The notes under the pieces: generated by a model
The model's input: only the letters and a program-made list of their open reading frames with translations
Told to the model about the DNA's origin: nothing
The model's database searches: none
Shown here: one piece after another, positions 13,162-25,901 of the stretch
Numbering within the stretch: position 1 is the first letter of the stretch
How the letters are laid out: each line of letters begins with the position of its first letter
Position numbers and translations under genes: made by a program
Assembly: GCA_951804945.1 (NCBI GenBank)
Contig: OX638159.1
Coordinates: 48,608,001-48,672,000 of the forward strand
Length of the DNA stretch: 64,000 nucleotides
Direction: 5' to 3'
Source: Podarcis cretensis
Taxonomy: Eukaryota

Positions 13162-15717
13162 CCCCTGCCCACTGGACTAAGACACATCAGTCATCTTAAC
13201 TAACAGAAAACAGAGTTTGTGCCCCTGCAGAGGCTCATTTCAGAAAGCAGGCTGCTTTTTATGATTATCAGCACAAGCTGTGGATGTTGCCCTATTGTGG
13301 ATATTTCTAGCAATGAAATAAGCTTATAAGGGAAGTAGCAAAAGCAGATATTTCAAAGCTGGATAGTTTGAAATCATTCAGAAAGGTAAATGGAAATACT
13401 ACCAAATATTTTCAAAAAGGTATATTAGTAACTGCTGCAGCTGGTGTTGTTCTCTGCTGTCATATATTCCCATCCTTAAACCTTTCCTGCTATTGACAAT
13501 ATCTTAATTGAAGTATTGAGACTTTTCAGAGTCTACATGTTGCTGGGATTCCTACTCCCTTTTTCCCTAGCCATACCCACTGAAACAACATCTAGAGGGC
13601 CACAGATTCCCCATCACTGCTATATAGGATACTGGTCAAAGAATGTCACTTTCTAGTACAGTATTGAAAAAGCTTTGTCATCTTTAATGTCGTTTATCTC
13701 AAAATAGCCTTGTGAAAAAGCCTAGACGAGGAGACTATGATTTGGCTAAGGTTGTCACTCAGGCACTTCCCCCATCCAAAACATCAATTTCACTCCATCT
13801 CTCTCTGATTTATACTGAAATAGATTGTACTTCTATTTTTAATGGAATAAAAGTAATAATGAAAGGTAATATTTCAAGAGTATTTTTTAGCTCTTGTGGG
13901 ACATCAGAAGTACATGCATTCTAAGGAGATCCTGGGATGCAGGAACAGGCCCAGCAACGGAAGTAGCAACTTTATAGCAACTGAACTCTGAGAAAGGGCC
14001 CCCAAGGTTACAACTGCAGAAGCCTGAAACAGTTCCCAGCCAGGAGAGGAGCTTACAGGTGGGGGTGAAAGAAGTAAGATGTGGCTTTGAGATGTACCTA
14101 AAAGGGTCAGGAGGAGAAAGAGGCAGATAAGGAAGGAATCTGCTGAGCTCCTCAAAACTATAGGAAGCATGAAGAAATAGCATGTGAAACTCTTTCCCTT
14201 TCTTTTGAGGTTTTGTGTAACCAGCTGGATTGGTTGTAAGGGTTTCCCCACTGGAGCTGTATGTATGTTGTGCACTAACCCCATACAAATAGCCCCACAG
14301 AGGTTGCAGAATTAAGAAACCATTCATCACTTCTACACAGTCTAACAAGGAGTAAGTTTTTCACCCAGTTTAAGGAACAAAATCATATACTACTATACAA
14401 TTTCCACTGTCTGCACAATCTCCAAAAGGCTGCCCTAGTTTCTTATAAAAGTAAGAAAATTCAAAAACCAGCTATATAATTTCCATTTCTAGTCATGTTA
14501 TTAGCAAGCAGTAAGTACTAAATCAAAGGCAGTTTCAGATTGCAGAAGATAATGGATACCAAGTACTGTACATACACTATATAACATAAAATGACATGGT
14601 TTTTTTTAAAGGAATGGGTTTTTAATAGTACTGTACTATTTTTGTTTTTATTATTTGTATTTTAATAATTTTATTGTATCAATTCTATTAGAGTTTAATT
14701 ACTTTTTAATGCCTATATTTTATGTGGTTTTTAGCTTTTTGTATTTTATTTGTGTTTTAATTTGTTCGAGCTGTCTTGATTCCTAGTCTGGGGAAAAGGT
14801 GGGGCATAAATAAATAAAATAACAACAACAATAATAACAATGATGCAGGACAGACAAGGCTCTTTCACAAGAACAATTCACAGCTTTTTAAACAGAGAAC
14901 TGCTAATTAAAATGTTTGTTAATTTAGTTTTTTAACAGTACCATGAATGTATATTGTGCTTTATATAGTAAGCTTGGTAACTTTAACTGGCCCCAGGAAC
15001 AATAAACTTTTGTACTGACACTGCTTTAGCACTTAAGACTGCACTGAAAAAAACAAAAACAAAAAAACCAGAACCAAATTCTTCCTTCATTTACATTAGA
15101 TATAACCTTCAACCTTGGGTGGTTTTTCCACTCTAAACATGTTTCGTGGAAATGTACTAGAAAATGAGAATTCACTTTTATTCAGCAGATCTCAATTCAG
15201 TGCCCTTGCTATTCTGAAGTAAAAGTCTTCAGCTGCTGGTAAAGTAAGCTTCTATGCAATATCTTGCTGGATCATACAACTAGGCAACTTTGAGACTTTC
15301 AAAAATACAGGAGAAAGTGACAGGAAACCAGTGACACAAAGTGTTACACATGTAGCCCTTCCCCCTGATGACTCAGCTACTAGTTTTATTTACAACTAGC
15401 AAAGTGCCTGTCATTGTGGTGTCTGTGTATGGGTGTGCCCGGACTCCAGCATCTAGGGAGTGGAGATAGATGTCCTCCCACAACTATGCCTCAGATAGTC
15501 TTTCTTGAACACACTAAAGTGACACCGCATATTGGGAACTGGAATAGAGTTGTTTGCCTTCCTGTAGTGCAATATCAGAACATACCTACATTAGAATACC
15601 ACTACTAATCCTCTCACTACAATAAAATCAACATTTGATGACAGAATAATTGCATGCCAAATTGTTTTTAAAAAATAAAGTGGAAAAACTCAGAGCAGCA
15701 ACACACACAGCGCAACC

Positions 15718-15783
15718 TTTGTTGTTGTTTAGTAGTTTAGTCGTGTCCGACTTCGTTACCCCATGGACCAGAGCACGCCAGGC
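15718..15783 (-). mobile_element. Bov-B (RTE) LINE 3'-terminal fragment
   Basis: Reverse complement of GCCTGGCGTGCTCTGGTCCATGGGG...GTCGGACACGACTAAAC followed by (AAC)n. Confidence 0.82.
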
Positions 15784-16409
15784 AACTTTACTACATCCTA
15801 TATTCAACATATGCCACTATTTTAGAAGTCATGAAGTGAAAAATGGTCTAAGCTCAATAAAAATAATTTCACTAAGAGACAACCATTCACAAAAGGCACA
15901 AATGCACCAATGAGTTTATATTTTCCCAGGTATTAACAACTTTTTCTACCTTTTTGAAAACTTAGGTGAATTTTAAGTATACTATAAGACACCTCAAGAA
16001 CTTTGATTCGTAGGTCTATAAATACTCCCAAATAAAATCAAATTAAAACAGAAATGTGTTTGGCTAATGAGACAATATGGGTAACAGCCATTCTTTTTAT
16101 TTTCAAAGATGTGGAATCAGTCATTTTATGCTTGTTCCCAACATGCCTTTTGCAACCAGATACCTGCAGAGCACCTAAATAGCTTCACCTTATTTGTATG
16201 TGTACTACCTCCTTCCAATTCCATTTTAAGACTATGACTTGATAGAGACTCCATGGCTTCAACATCAGCCAATAAGTGTTTGTTTTTGTTTTGTTTTTTG
16301 CTCCCCACATTCCTGCCCCCATTTACCATCCAGTTTGCTAAAGAGTTCTGAAGAACTTGAAAATCTGCACACTACTTTGTGATATTTAGGTTGGCCTAAT
16401 AAAAGGGAA

Positions 16410-16490
16410 GACAGGAGGGCCTGGCGTGCTCTGGTCCATGGGGTCATGAAGAGTTGGACACGACTAAACAACTAAACAACAACAACAAAC
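16410..16490 (+). mobile_element. Bov-B (RTE) LINE 3'-terminal fragment
   Basis: GGCCTGGCGTGCTCTGGTCCATGGGGTC...GGACACGACTAAAC(AAC)n; TSD AAAAGGGAA at 16401-16409 and 16491-16499. Confidence 0.87.
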
Positions 16491-18252
16491 AAAAGGGAAT
16501 GCCATGTCAGTTTTAAATTCTTATATTATCCTAACGTTTTAGTGATCAACACAGAAAGAAAGAAAAATTGTTAAAGGGATTCCACCAGTCCAAAGTTCTG
16601 GTAGAGGCAGAGTACCACATATATCAATTATATTCAGCAGACACTTGCCCAGCTTTTGCATGGAATGTATGAGCAAAAAAAATCCTACAATCTTATTTGG
16701 TAAACTGCTAACCTTTTCTGAGCTTAACATAACCAGCTCCTTCATTGTTTTCCCATATAACTGCCTATTATGCAGCTCTTCTCAAAGGCAGTGACATCAA
16801 AAACTAGACACAGTACTCCAAATGTGTCCTTATATTTATATTCATGCCTTCGTATGTCATCTTAAACCCAACATGAATCCAGCACCCAAAGTTTCAAAAG
16901 TTTCAGGTAATAAATATTTTTAATAACTGGGGAAATGGAAACAGCTGCAGTAGATATTTCCCAAAAGCATGTAACATCATAAATGTGTGTGTGTACGCAC
17001 GCACGCACGTGCTGCACAAATAAAGGGAAAAGCTCACCATGCAAGAATTCAGCTTCTGAATAAAAAGCCAGTGCTCACTTACCTTTATGGAAAAGAAACA
17101 AGTTTATTAATGTTATCCATCTTTACTTAAAGCTAGTTAAATAACATTTTAAAAGAACAGAATGGCAAATACATTCCCTGACAGTGTGGCTTCAAAATAC
17201 TCAAGCAAGAATAATTAGTTGTTGAAAAGATTCCAAATTGTGCTGAGGGGGAATTATTCCAGAAGGAATAGTAAGAAAATATAGCTGCTGAGAGAAATCT
17301 AAGAGATGGCTAAGCACCAAAACTTTAAAAAGACAGGCTGTGGCATACAATGAATTATTTGGTGTTTTATTATATATGTATTTATTTGTTAATGTATCTG
17401 GGCAATACAGATCCAAGTGTTATACACTTTCTCTTACATATTTAAACCTCAAGTAATATATGATTTCAGATGACTTGATGTATGATGCATGAATTACTGA
17501 AAGATCAAAACTGGCCCTGAGCCACCAAACTACCATCATTCAGGTGCACCGGAAAGCACAGAAGAATATTTGTGTGGCTTTTACTACAGCTAGGCACTCT
17601 AAAATTCTCCATTTGCGCAAAATGGATACCCATTTCCAGCTGGTTAAGCTGCAGAACAAAGGAGATTCAAATGGATTAAAGTGACCAGGTGACAATAGCC
17701 TACACGGTTATTGTCATGCTCTGCCTACAAGAATTTTGCTATTCATATCTGTTCTAGATGGTTTTAGACAAATTAACATAAGCATAGTTCCAATGAGTTT
17801 ATAAATATTTACATTTTGTTTAAAGTATATTTAGGCTGTAATCCTATACAGCACTAATATTTGAGTAATCCTCATTCAATACAACGGGATTTAGTAGAGT
17901 TATAAAGGATTGTACTGTTGTTTGGGATTAAGATGTATTCCAAGTAACTTCCAGAATTGTTAAACCATTGAGAAAAATGCCGCCCAATTCTTCACTCCCC
18001 ATCCAAAAAAAACCCTGACATTGTCAGGGGATACTGTATTAACTCTTAATGTAAACAGTAATAGAGAAAGCTAAGTGTTGTCATGCAGTAGCTAAAGAAA
18101 ATTATGCTTTTAGAGGAAAAGGCTCGGAAAATAAAAATCCTTTAAACATAATTAAGCAACAGCCATAAGTTTGAGTATTTACTAAAAATGTTACAATTAC
18201 CACTGAACTCTTCCCTGGTATACCACCACAACACACTGAAAGACTACGATTA

Positions 18253-18460
18253 CAGTGGTACCTCGGGTTAAGAACGTAATTCATTTTGGAGGTCCGTTCT
18301 TAACCTGAAACTGTTCTTAACCTGAGGTACCACTTTAGCTAATGGGGCCTCTCGCTGCTGCCACGCCGTCACCGCTGCACAATTTGTTCTCATCCTGAAG
18401 CAAAGTTCTTAACCTGAGGTACTACTTCCGGGTTAGCGTCTGTAACCTGAGGTACCACTG
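18253..18460. mobile_element. Tigger/pogo-type MITE
   Basis: TA|CAGTGGTACCTC ... GAGGTACCACTG|TA. Confidence 0.9.
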
Positions 18461-18519
18461 TACTTATGAATAAGCATCACTGAACTCAGTGGAACTTGCT
18501 TCAGAATAAGTATACATGG

Positions 18520-19160
18520 ATAATAATAATAATAATAATTTTTATTTATACCCTGCCCTCCCCAGCCAAGGCTGGGCTCAGAGCGACTTACAAGCAATAA
18601 TAAAAACAAGTTGAATGATTACAACTTAAAAACAAAATTAAAATACATTAAAATATTGAAACATTAAAATATTAAAATGTAGCCTTATCGCAGAAGGAGA
18701 AGGAAAAGAAAAAAGAAAGAGAGGGAGGGAATCAAATTCCTCCAAGCCAAAGGTCAGGCGGAACAACTCTGTCTTACAGGCCCTGCGGAAAGAAATCAGA
18801 TCCCGCAGGGCCCTGGTCTCATGAGACAGAGCGTTCCACCAGGCCGGAGCCAGAGTTGAAAAGGCCCTGGCTCTGGTTGAAGCTAATCTAACTTCCTTGG
18901 GGCCCGGGACCACTAGGGTGTTGCTATTTATGGACCTTGAGGCTCTCCGTGGGGCATACCAGGAGAGGCGGTCCCATAAGTACGAGGGTCCTAGGCCGTG
19001 AAGGGCTTTAAAGTCAAAAGCAGCACCTTAAATCTGACCCTGTACTCCACCAGGAGCCAGTGCAGCTTGAAAAGCACTGGGTGAATATGCTCCCATGGCA
19101 GAGACCCCGTGAGGAGCCTCGCTGCAGCATTCTGCACACGCTGGAGTTTCTGGGACAGCT
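18520..19160 (-). mobile_element. 5'-truncated L2 LINE of a second subfamily
   Basis: Track ORF 18638..18913 has RAFSTLAPAWWNAL...FRRACKTELF, homologous to the C-terminus of the 7323 element; (TTA)n tail at ~18520-18538. Confidence 0.88.
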
Positions 19161-19317
19161 TCTGGGATGAGGCTGCAAATATCGTAATAACTGTAGAAAA
19201 ATCTAGCTATCCTGAACCCTTATTATTTATACTTCCCTCCATCCCAGTAAATATATCATTGGGGAGAAATACTAGAATCACTGAAAAGAAATAGCTATGT
19301 GTCTAATTTCAATCAGT

Positions 19318-19738
19318 GGCCAGTTCACACATCACATTTAACCATAGTTTAAAGCTAATGGCTTAAAGTGAACAGCATTCTCATGCATGCTACTTGAAAG
19401 TTTCTACAGTGCTCCTTCTCCACTTCTGAAGCACTGGAAAAAACAAGACTCAATCCAGCTTTTCACATCATCTGAACCCAGACTCATAGTTTGCTCCCCC
19501 CCCCAAAAAAAAAAAATCCGTAAGCAGTAACCAAGGGTTGTTTTGGGTTTACTGCTCAAACCATGAGCCTGGTTTTGAGCAATGCAACAACAAAGGTTCT
19601 GTATTATTTTGTCTGAAAATCAGCAGAAGCAGGAATTAGGGGGAGGGGGATATTTCAAAGAAGCTTTTGAGCAGCATGCATAATCATGAAATCATAGCTT
19701 GTTTTTAAACTATGGTTTAACATGGTGTGTTATGGATC
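19318..19738. mobile_element. old DNA-transposon-like element with degenerate inverted termini
   Basis: CACATCACATTTAACCATAGTTTAAA near 19330 mirrors TTTAAACTATGGTTTAACATGGTGTG near 19705; no clear TSD. Confidence 0.45.
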
Positions 19739-20645
19739 AGCATCTGAAAGATTAGATACTAAATTTTCATGCTGAGCTTCATGGGATTTTAGAAAAAATA
19801 AAGTTTGCATGAATTAAAGATATTCCTAACTCATTCACATGTTAATTTATACTATTCTTTAATTATGTATGAACATTTATAAACATTCATCAGCTTCTTT
19901 CTTTAACTTAATGAAAAAGGTGAAAGATTTTGAGGCAAGATAAGAGAGGGGCTGTATTATAGAACACCTTGCCAGCAGGTGACACAACCAATGTTCCACA
20001 TGCTCATAGATTGCACCCCTGGGTCAAATACCCGAAGATGCTTTGCATTCTGTAACATTAGAAAGTACTTTTCCAGGATCAAGAGTTTGTTGATTGCTGG
20101 TAAACTCTGTCAAATGCAGGAGAAACACTGTTTATCACCAAAATTACTACATTTGAATTTTGATCTAAGAGTTTTTCCACAGCTCAGTATTATTTTCAGA
20201 CACTGCTTTACAAAAAGATTAACTTCATTCATGTTCTTCTCTATTTAGCCCTTCATGGCTCTGGAAAAAGATGGGGACAGCCTGCCTATTGATGCGAGGT
20301 GAGAATATTCTTGAGAATGAGAATATTCTCGAGAATACTCTCTGCTAGAAAATTCTCCGGTGAATATTCTCCACAAACTGTAAATTCTAATGTAAGACCC
20401 AGTTTTACAACCCACATTTAAAAAATCTAGTAAATAGTAAGTCAAGCTGTGATATTTCCAGTGTAAGTAATGAGCAATTTTTTATTATTATTCAGTTGCA
20501 TTACTGGGCATTGTGTCATTCACCATTGGCAGTTCTGAAATGTGAGCTACAGAAAACTTTTTTTTTTAGTTTTAAAAATGCTATTCATTTAATTTGATGA
20601 ACATTTGAATTCGTATGTATTTCAACTAGTCTTTTCTCTATTTTA

Positions 20646-21015
20646 AAAAGGTAAAGGTAAAGGACCCCTGACAGTTAAATCCAGTCGCGAACGACTCTGG
20701 GGTTGCGGCGCTCATCTTGCTTTACTGGCTAAGGGAGCTGACGTTTGTCCGCAGACAGTTTTTCCGGGTCACGTGGCCAGCGTGACTAAGCCGCTTCTGG
20801 CGAAACCAGAGCAGCGCATGGAAACGCTGTTTACCTTCCCGCTGGAGCGGTACCTATTTAACTACTTGCACTTTGACATGCTTTCACATTGCTAGGTTGG
20901 CAGAAGCTGGGACTGAGCAATGGGAGCTCACCCCGTTGCAGGGATTCAAACCACCGACCTTCCAATCAGCAGGCCCTAGGCTCAGTGATTTAGACCACAG
21001 CGCCACCCGCGTCCC
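20646..21015 (-). mobile_element. full-length Sauria SINE nested in the hAT element
   Basis: AAAGGTAAAGGT tail at left, head CGCCACCCGCGTCCC at right. Confidence 0.93.
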
Positions 21016-21655
21016 AATTTTCTATTTTGGTGTGACCTTATTCTTAGCAATTCTATACCCTTGGCCATACAATGTGACTTTTTTTTCTACAGAAAGTAGC
21101 TTTAATGCTTTATACACTTCAAGTACCTAGGCTTATACAATTATGTGTAACAGCATGTGAGGTGGCCTTGATTTAAACAGTTGGCTTTTCTATATTTTTA
21201 TTTACTGCCAGTAACTGGTTTTTGCAGTGCCATTCAATGGTACAAGGTGCCATTCACCAGAGACTGACATACTGAAATATATTATCATATAATGATAATA
21301 TATTTAATGTTAATGGCTTCTTTTTTATATGTCATTACTGGTTATTTGTGTTTTATTTTCTGGAAATAATAGCATTTATTTTAAACTTTATATTGATTTT
21401 ATTAATGTTGGACTAAAAATACTGTACCATGTAGATGCAGACCTGAGTTTTTTTTAATATTCCTTTTACTTTAAAAGCTGCTTTTCATACATACACAACA
21501 TAATTAGAATTCAAAGTTGATGGTAAATATACAGTTAGTGGCAGGCTTACAGATTAACATGAGTCATTCATGTTGAATTTTAAATTTCAAGTTTGGTGCA
21601 AAAAATCAAAGAATATGAATTTACTGCATTGCCCCATTGAATAAAAGTATCTGTA

Positions 21656-21901
21656 CAGTGGTACCTCTGGTTGTCAATGGGATCCGTTCTGGAGCCCCGT
21701 TCGCAACATGAAAGGAACACAACCCGCGTCTGTATGTGTCGCGATTCCCCGCTTCTGCGCATGTGCGTGATGTCATTTTGCACGTCTGCACATGCGCGAG
21801 CAGCGAAACCCGGAAGTAACCCTTTCCGGTACTTCCGGGTCACCGCAGGATGCAACCTGAAAACTCGCAACCTGAAGCAAACGTAACAAGAGGTATGACT
21901 G
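21656..21901. mobile_element. Tigger/pogo-type MITE nested in the hAT element
   Basis: TA|CAGTGGTACCTC ... GAGGTATGACTG|TA; CpG-rich. Confidence 0.85.
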
Positions 21902-22539
21902 TACAGTTTTTGGTTGCCATCTGAACAAGTTTACCCACGAATAAACATGTATGTTAACTAATTATATCAATTTCAATGCATTAAAATTATATCATTTTCA
22001 ATGCATTCAGATGAATATTCTCCTATTTTAAATGAAAATTCTCATTAATCCAGAATATTCTAGAGAATATTCTCCAAAAGATTATTCTTGAGAATTTAAC
22101 ATCACTCAGCCTGCCTTCTGGATTTTCCCAGGCCTTCAATTTCTACAGAGACCACAGCCAGATGTCTACTCACTATTCCATACAGAATACACCACTGATA
22201 TTAATGTCTAATATAGGAAAAGAAAATCTAACTCAGTAATAACAATATTCTTCAGAAATTTCCCAAGCAACTGATGTCTTGCAAAACATTAACAACAGGG
22301 CTGCAGTGGGAAACTGGGTTCGGCTGGAGGCAACTCAAGACTTCAAAGGAAGAATCAGGAGTGTGCTTCAAATGCACTTGGCATCTGGCACTGAATTTAA
22401 ATTCAGCATTGATTGCAAGTCCTACTTTCCATAGGGATCAGCTCTATTCCAGTGCTCTGACCAGGAACTCCTAAATGAAGATCATTTATCTGGGCCACAC
22501 TCAATGTTGTAGGACAACATGAGGTGAGCTAGAGGGACA

Positions 22540-23073
22540 TCGGGGCTTATTTGCGCTGCTTATCTGGGGGGGGGGGGGGCTTGAAAGCTCCTCCCCCCAG
22601 CTGAGTGAGCCCTGGTGCCTCTCCAGCTCACATGCAAGGCATCAAGGCTCACTTAGCTGAGGGGGAGCAGTTTAATGGAGAGCCCACAAACACCTCTGGC
22701 TCTCACAAACCGGAGGCAGTTGGTGGCTTCTTTAAACTGCTCCACTGAGGAGTGCATGGCTGCCCATGCCTTAGCAGAGCAGTTTAAAGAAGCTGAGGAA
22801 GGAACAAGCTGTAGCGGCCCTCTGATGCAACTTTGTCCTCCCTCTGCAGTATGAGGAACAGAGTGTGATGGCGGCTTCATCTGGCAGTATGTCGTGCATG
22901 CAACCACTGCTGCTCCTGAGTCCCTCTGCTACCAGCAGCCCAATACTGAAAGGAATGCTGGTAGCAGAGGGACTCAGGAACGGCATCAGTTTCACCCACG
23001 ATATACCACCAGGTAAAGACACCATCGCACTCATACTGGTCCTGGGCGATTTATCGATACATCGCCCAGGCCT
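22540..23073. mobile_element. GC-rich probable DNA-transposon remnant with internal inverted repeats
   Basis: GC/CpG-elevated island ending in CTGGGCGATTTATCGATACATCGCCCAGGCCT (resembles a hAT terminus); left boundary unclear. Confidence 0.4.
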
Positions 23074-25880
23074 GATACATATATCCATAAACAAACAAAC
23101 AAACAAAAATCTATGGTCACAAACAATTATAATCCAACCTGGTTAGAATCATGGCTACTGAAATGATGAACCTTGCAAACTTAAGTTTACATTTCCAGCT
23201 GTCACCACCTACTCCTTCTGCAGTTATATTAAATCAGAGGCAAGACATTATTAACTTTACCCTAAAAGCAAAAAGCTACTCAAAGTCAGTAAAATGCTAC
23301 GTAAAGAAGCAGCAAGAGAAGGCTTAGACATTCTACGACTATAGTTTTGGAATTTGTTTCCATGTGAACACACTCATTAGCCAAGATCCTTATTCAAGAT
23401 CACACATCTACAGAGATGGGATGGTTGTTCACAGGGACAGGGTTTTCTCTGCAGTGGCATACCAACCACGGAACTCCCTGCCCTTAAATATTTGCTATCC
23501 GCTGTACTGCCTTCTAGATGCCAGGTTAGAACTGGCCTGCACTTCTCAGTCTTTAACCGTAAATAATATTGATTTGTTCTATTAATTTTAATTGCTGCTT
23601 ATTTCTGCCACTTATCTAGTTTAGACTATTTCTGATTTGTTATACAGCAATGTATTTACATCTTAAATCTTTAAACAACTGGAGGGCAGCAGTTTGGGAA
23701 AGACTGGTCTAACTAACTTATCATATTTACTCAGAAGCAAGCCCCATGTTATTCAATGGAGTATGCACAGAACTGCAGCTTTGGTTACATATATTTCTCA
23801 CACTTAAGTTTCTTTCTGCACATATACCCAGTTTCAGAACTCTGCTGATATTACTTGCTGTGACAATGCACTTGGCATACTCTTTCACTGGCCCCATTTT
23901 TTATTTACAACCACAGCATAGCAAGAAAAATCATTCAACCCCTCAGTATACTTAATTTTTTTTTTGGGGGGGGGGGGAGTGGGAATGCATGCAGTGTTAA
24001 CTTTTCCATCTCAACCCATTATTTGCTTCCTACCAATAATGTCTCAGGAGCTTTGCCCCATCATCAATTACTATATTTTGCTAATCTGCTTTCAGCAAGA
24101 CTCTCAAACTTGAAAACTGTATCTGTACATTTTGTACATAAAAGACTGAGTTTGAAGAGACAGAAACCAGGCATGCAGTTAATAGCTAAAACACTGCTAT
24201 ACTCAGCTTTCACAGGGAGAGAAGCCTGCCTATATTTTCAGAGGTAGCCATCAACTTAAGACATCACCGGTAACTAGGTGAATCAGGATTGTAAATTTGC
24301 AGAAGACTGCAAGCACTTCTAAGAAAAATCAAGAGGGCTCAAACTTTTAGTATATTCAGCATTACTAATGCATTAGTACACCTACACACTTTCTGTACAA
24401 TGATGTTTATGTAAATAAACAGGGAGTTTTGCTATCTGTATTCCATTCATCTCACAGGAATCAAATTGGCAACATAGCTCATTAGTAAGTCCTGCAATTT
24501 TACACTTTCAAGTAATTAAGATACAATATACAGAATTAGATGCTAAACATTGAAGGTGTTCCAAATCATGGTTAAGAAGCACAGTGCATTTTTCACTTCT
24601 AATCCTCACTCACTTCAGGAGTTACTATGACTTAATAAGGTAAAAAACAGGTTTTCACTGGCCTAGTCCTAGTTTAAGGCATGGACTGTCCTTAATGACC
24701 CTCTAGCGTCACTTCTCTCATTACAGGCATGGCAACAGATTACATCTCTTTTAGTTCAATTTTCAAATGTTGATAATCTATAGCCATAATATTTGCAAAT
24801 TAATTATGGCTATCATGAATATCCATTAATGCATAATACCAATGAGAGTCTGTGTGATCAGATGTAAAGTTTGACATGGAGATTCAAACCCACTGTGGGC
24901 TTACCAACTATTTAATTATTTGAAACATTTTTATCCTGCTCTTCAGCCAAAAAGACTCATAGCGGAGCATACAAATATCAGTGATAAGACTAGAAACCTG
25001 AAGGAAAGGATTGTCTAAAAACATTACAGAAACAAAATGGGATTGAGTGGAAGAAAATAATAAAAATAATCTCAGACATTATTCCTTAGAGAGTTCTTAT
25101 AATATCCAACTGAAAAAGATATATTTCAAGAAGTGGAGCTAAACGCTGCTGGTTTCAGCACAGCAGATGCAAAGGGCCTACAGTCCCATCTCTCTCCCAC
25201 GCCAATAGACTGCAGGAGTAGCCAACAGGGGACCCTCCAACTGTTGGACTACAACTGCCATCAAGCTTTCCTAGCATGACCAATGGTAAGAGTTGATTGG
25301 AGTTGTAGTCAAGCAACATCTCAATAGCACTATGCTGGCTACCTCTGGCTAAATGTAATGGCTGCTGTGGACATATACTGCAAAGAAAAATGTGAGGAGG
25401 CAGCAGGGATGAGCACCCAAGCTCTATCCACTCATGCTTACCATCATCCTCCAGTTGCAGTGGGCAACTATATGAAGCTTCCTATATGAGCTTCCTGTAT
25501 TCATGAATGCTACCTGCGCATTTTGAAACCCTGAGCCTCACCCAAATGATGATCTGAATGCAGGACTTTATCTCGTCATAAAAATCACAAAAGGTGTTTT
25601 GGTTCAGTATAGATAGCCATTACATGGAAATTTCAGTGGAAGGATAGTTTTCCTTTCCTACTCAATAGAACTTTCCCACATTTGCTATATAGCTATTAAA
25701 AATATTCACGTTTGGCACTGGCAACCAACCCTGAGCACTATATAGCACAAAAGAGGAAGGCCTCAAAGGGTTAGGAAATAAGAAAGATTTCCTCTCCTTT
25801 CTGTTTTGCTGAATTTCTCAGAGGCCTGAACAGGATGAACTCCTTTTCTAGGCTGGCTAGGGACTGAGAATATGCTGCAA

Positions 25881-25901
25881 TGTGTGTGTGTGTGTGTGTG
25901 T
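25881..25901. repeat. (TG)n microsatellite
   Basis: Directly visible. Confidence 0.9.

Larger units (their letters stand above)
20287..22107. mobile_element. non-autonomous hAT (Ac-like) DNA transposon with subterminal GAGAATATTCTC arrays and two nested insertions
   Basis: TSD AGCCTGCC (20279-20286, 22108-22115); termini TATTGATG / CATCACTC; repeated GAATATTC motifs at both ends; AT-rich non-coding interior. Confidence 0.8.

Noticed and set aside
13895-14347. Possible solo LTR (TG...CA, purine-rich) and ORFs 13887..14348
   Set aside because: No matching TSD, no second copy in the window and no protein similarity; unsupported without a repeat library.
20300-20372. Short repeated palindromes resembling a CRISPR array
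   Set aside because: Eukaryotic context, irregular spacing and no spacers; explained as transposon subterminal repeats.
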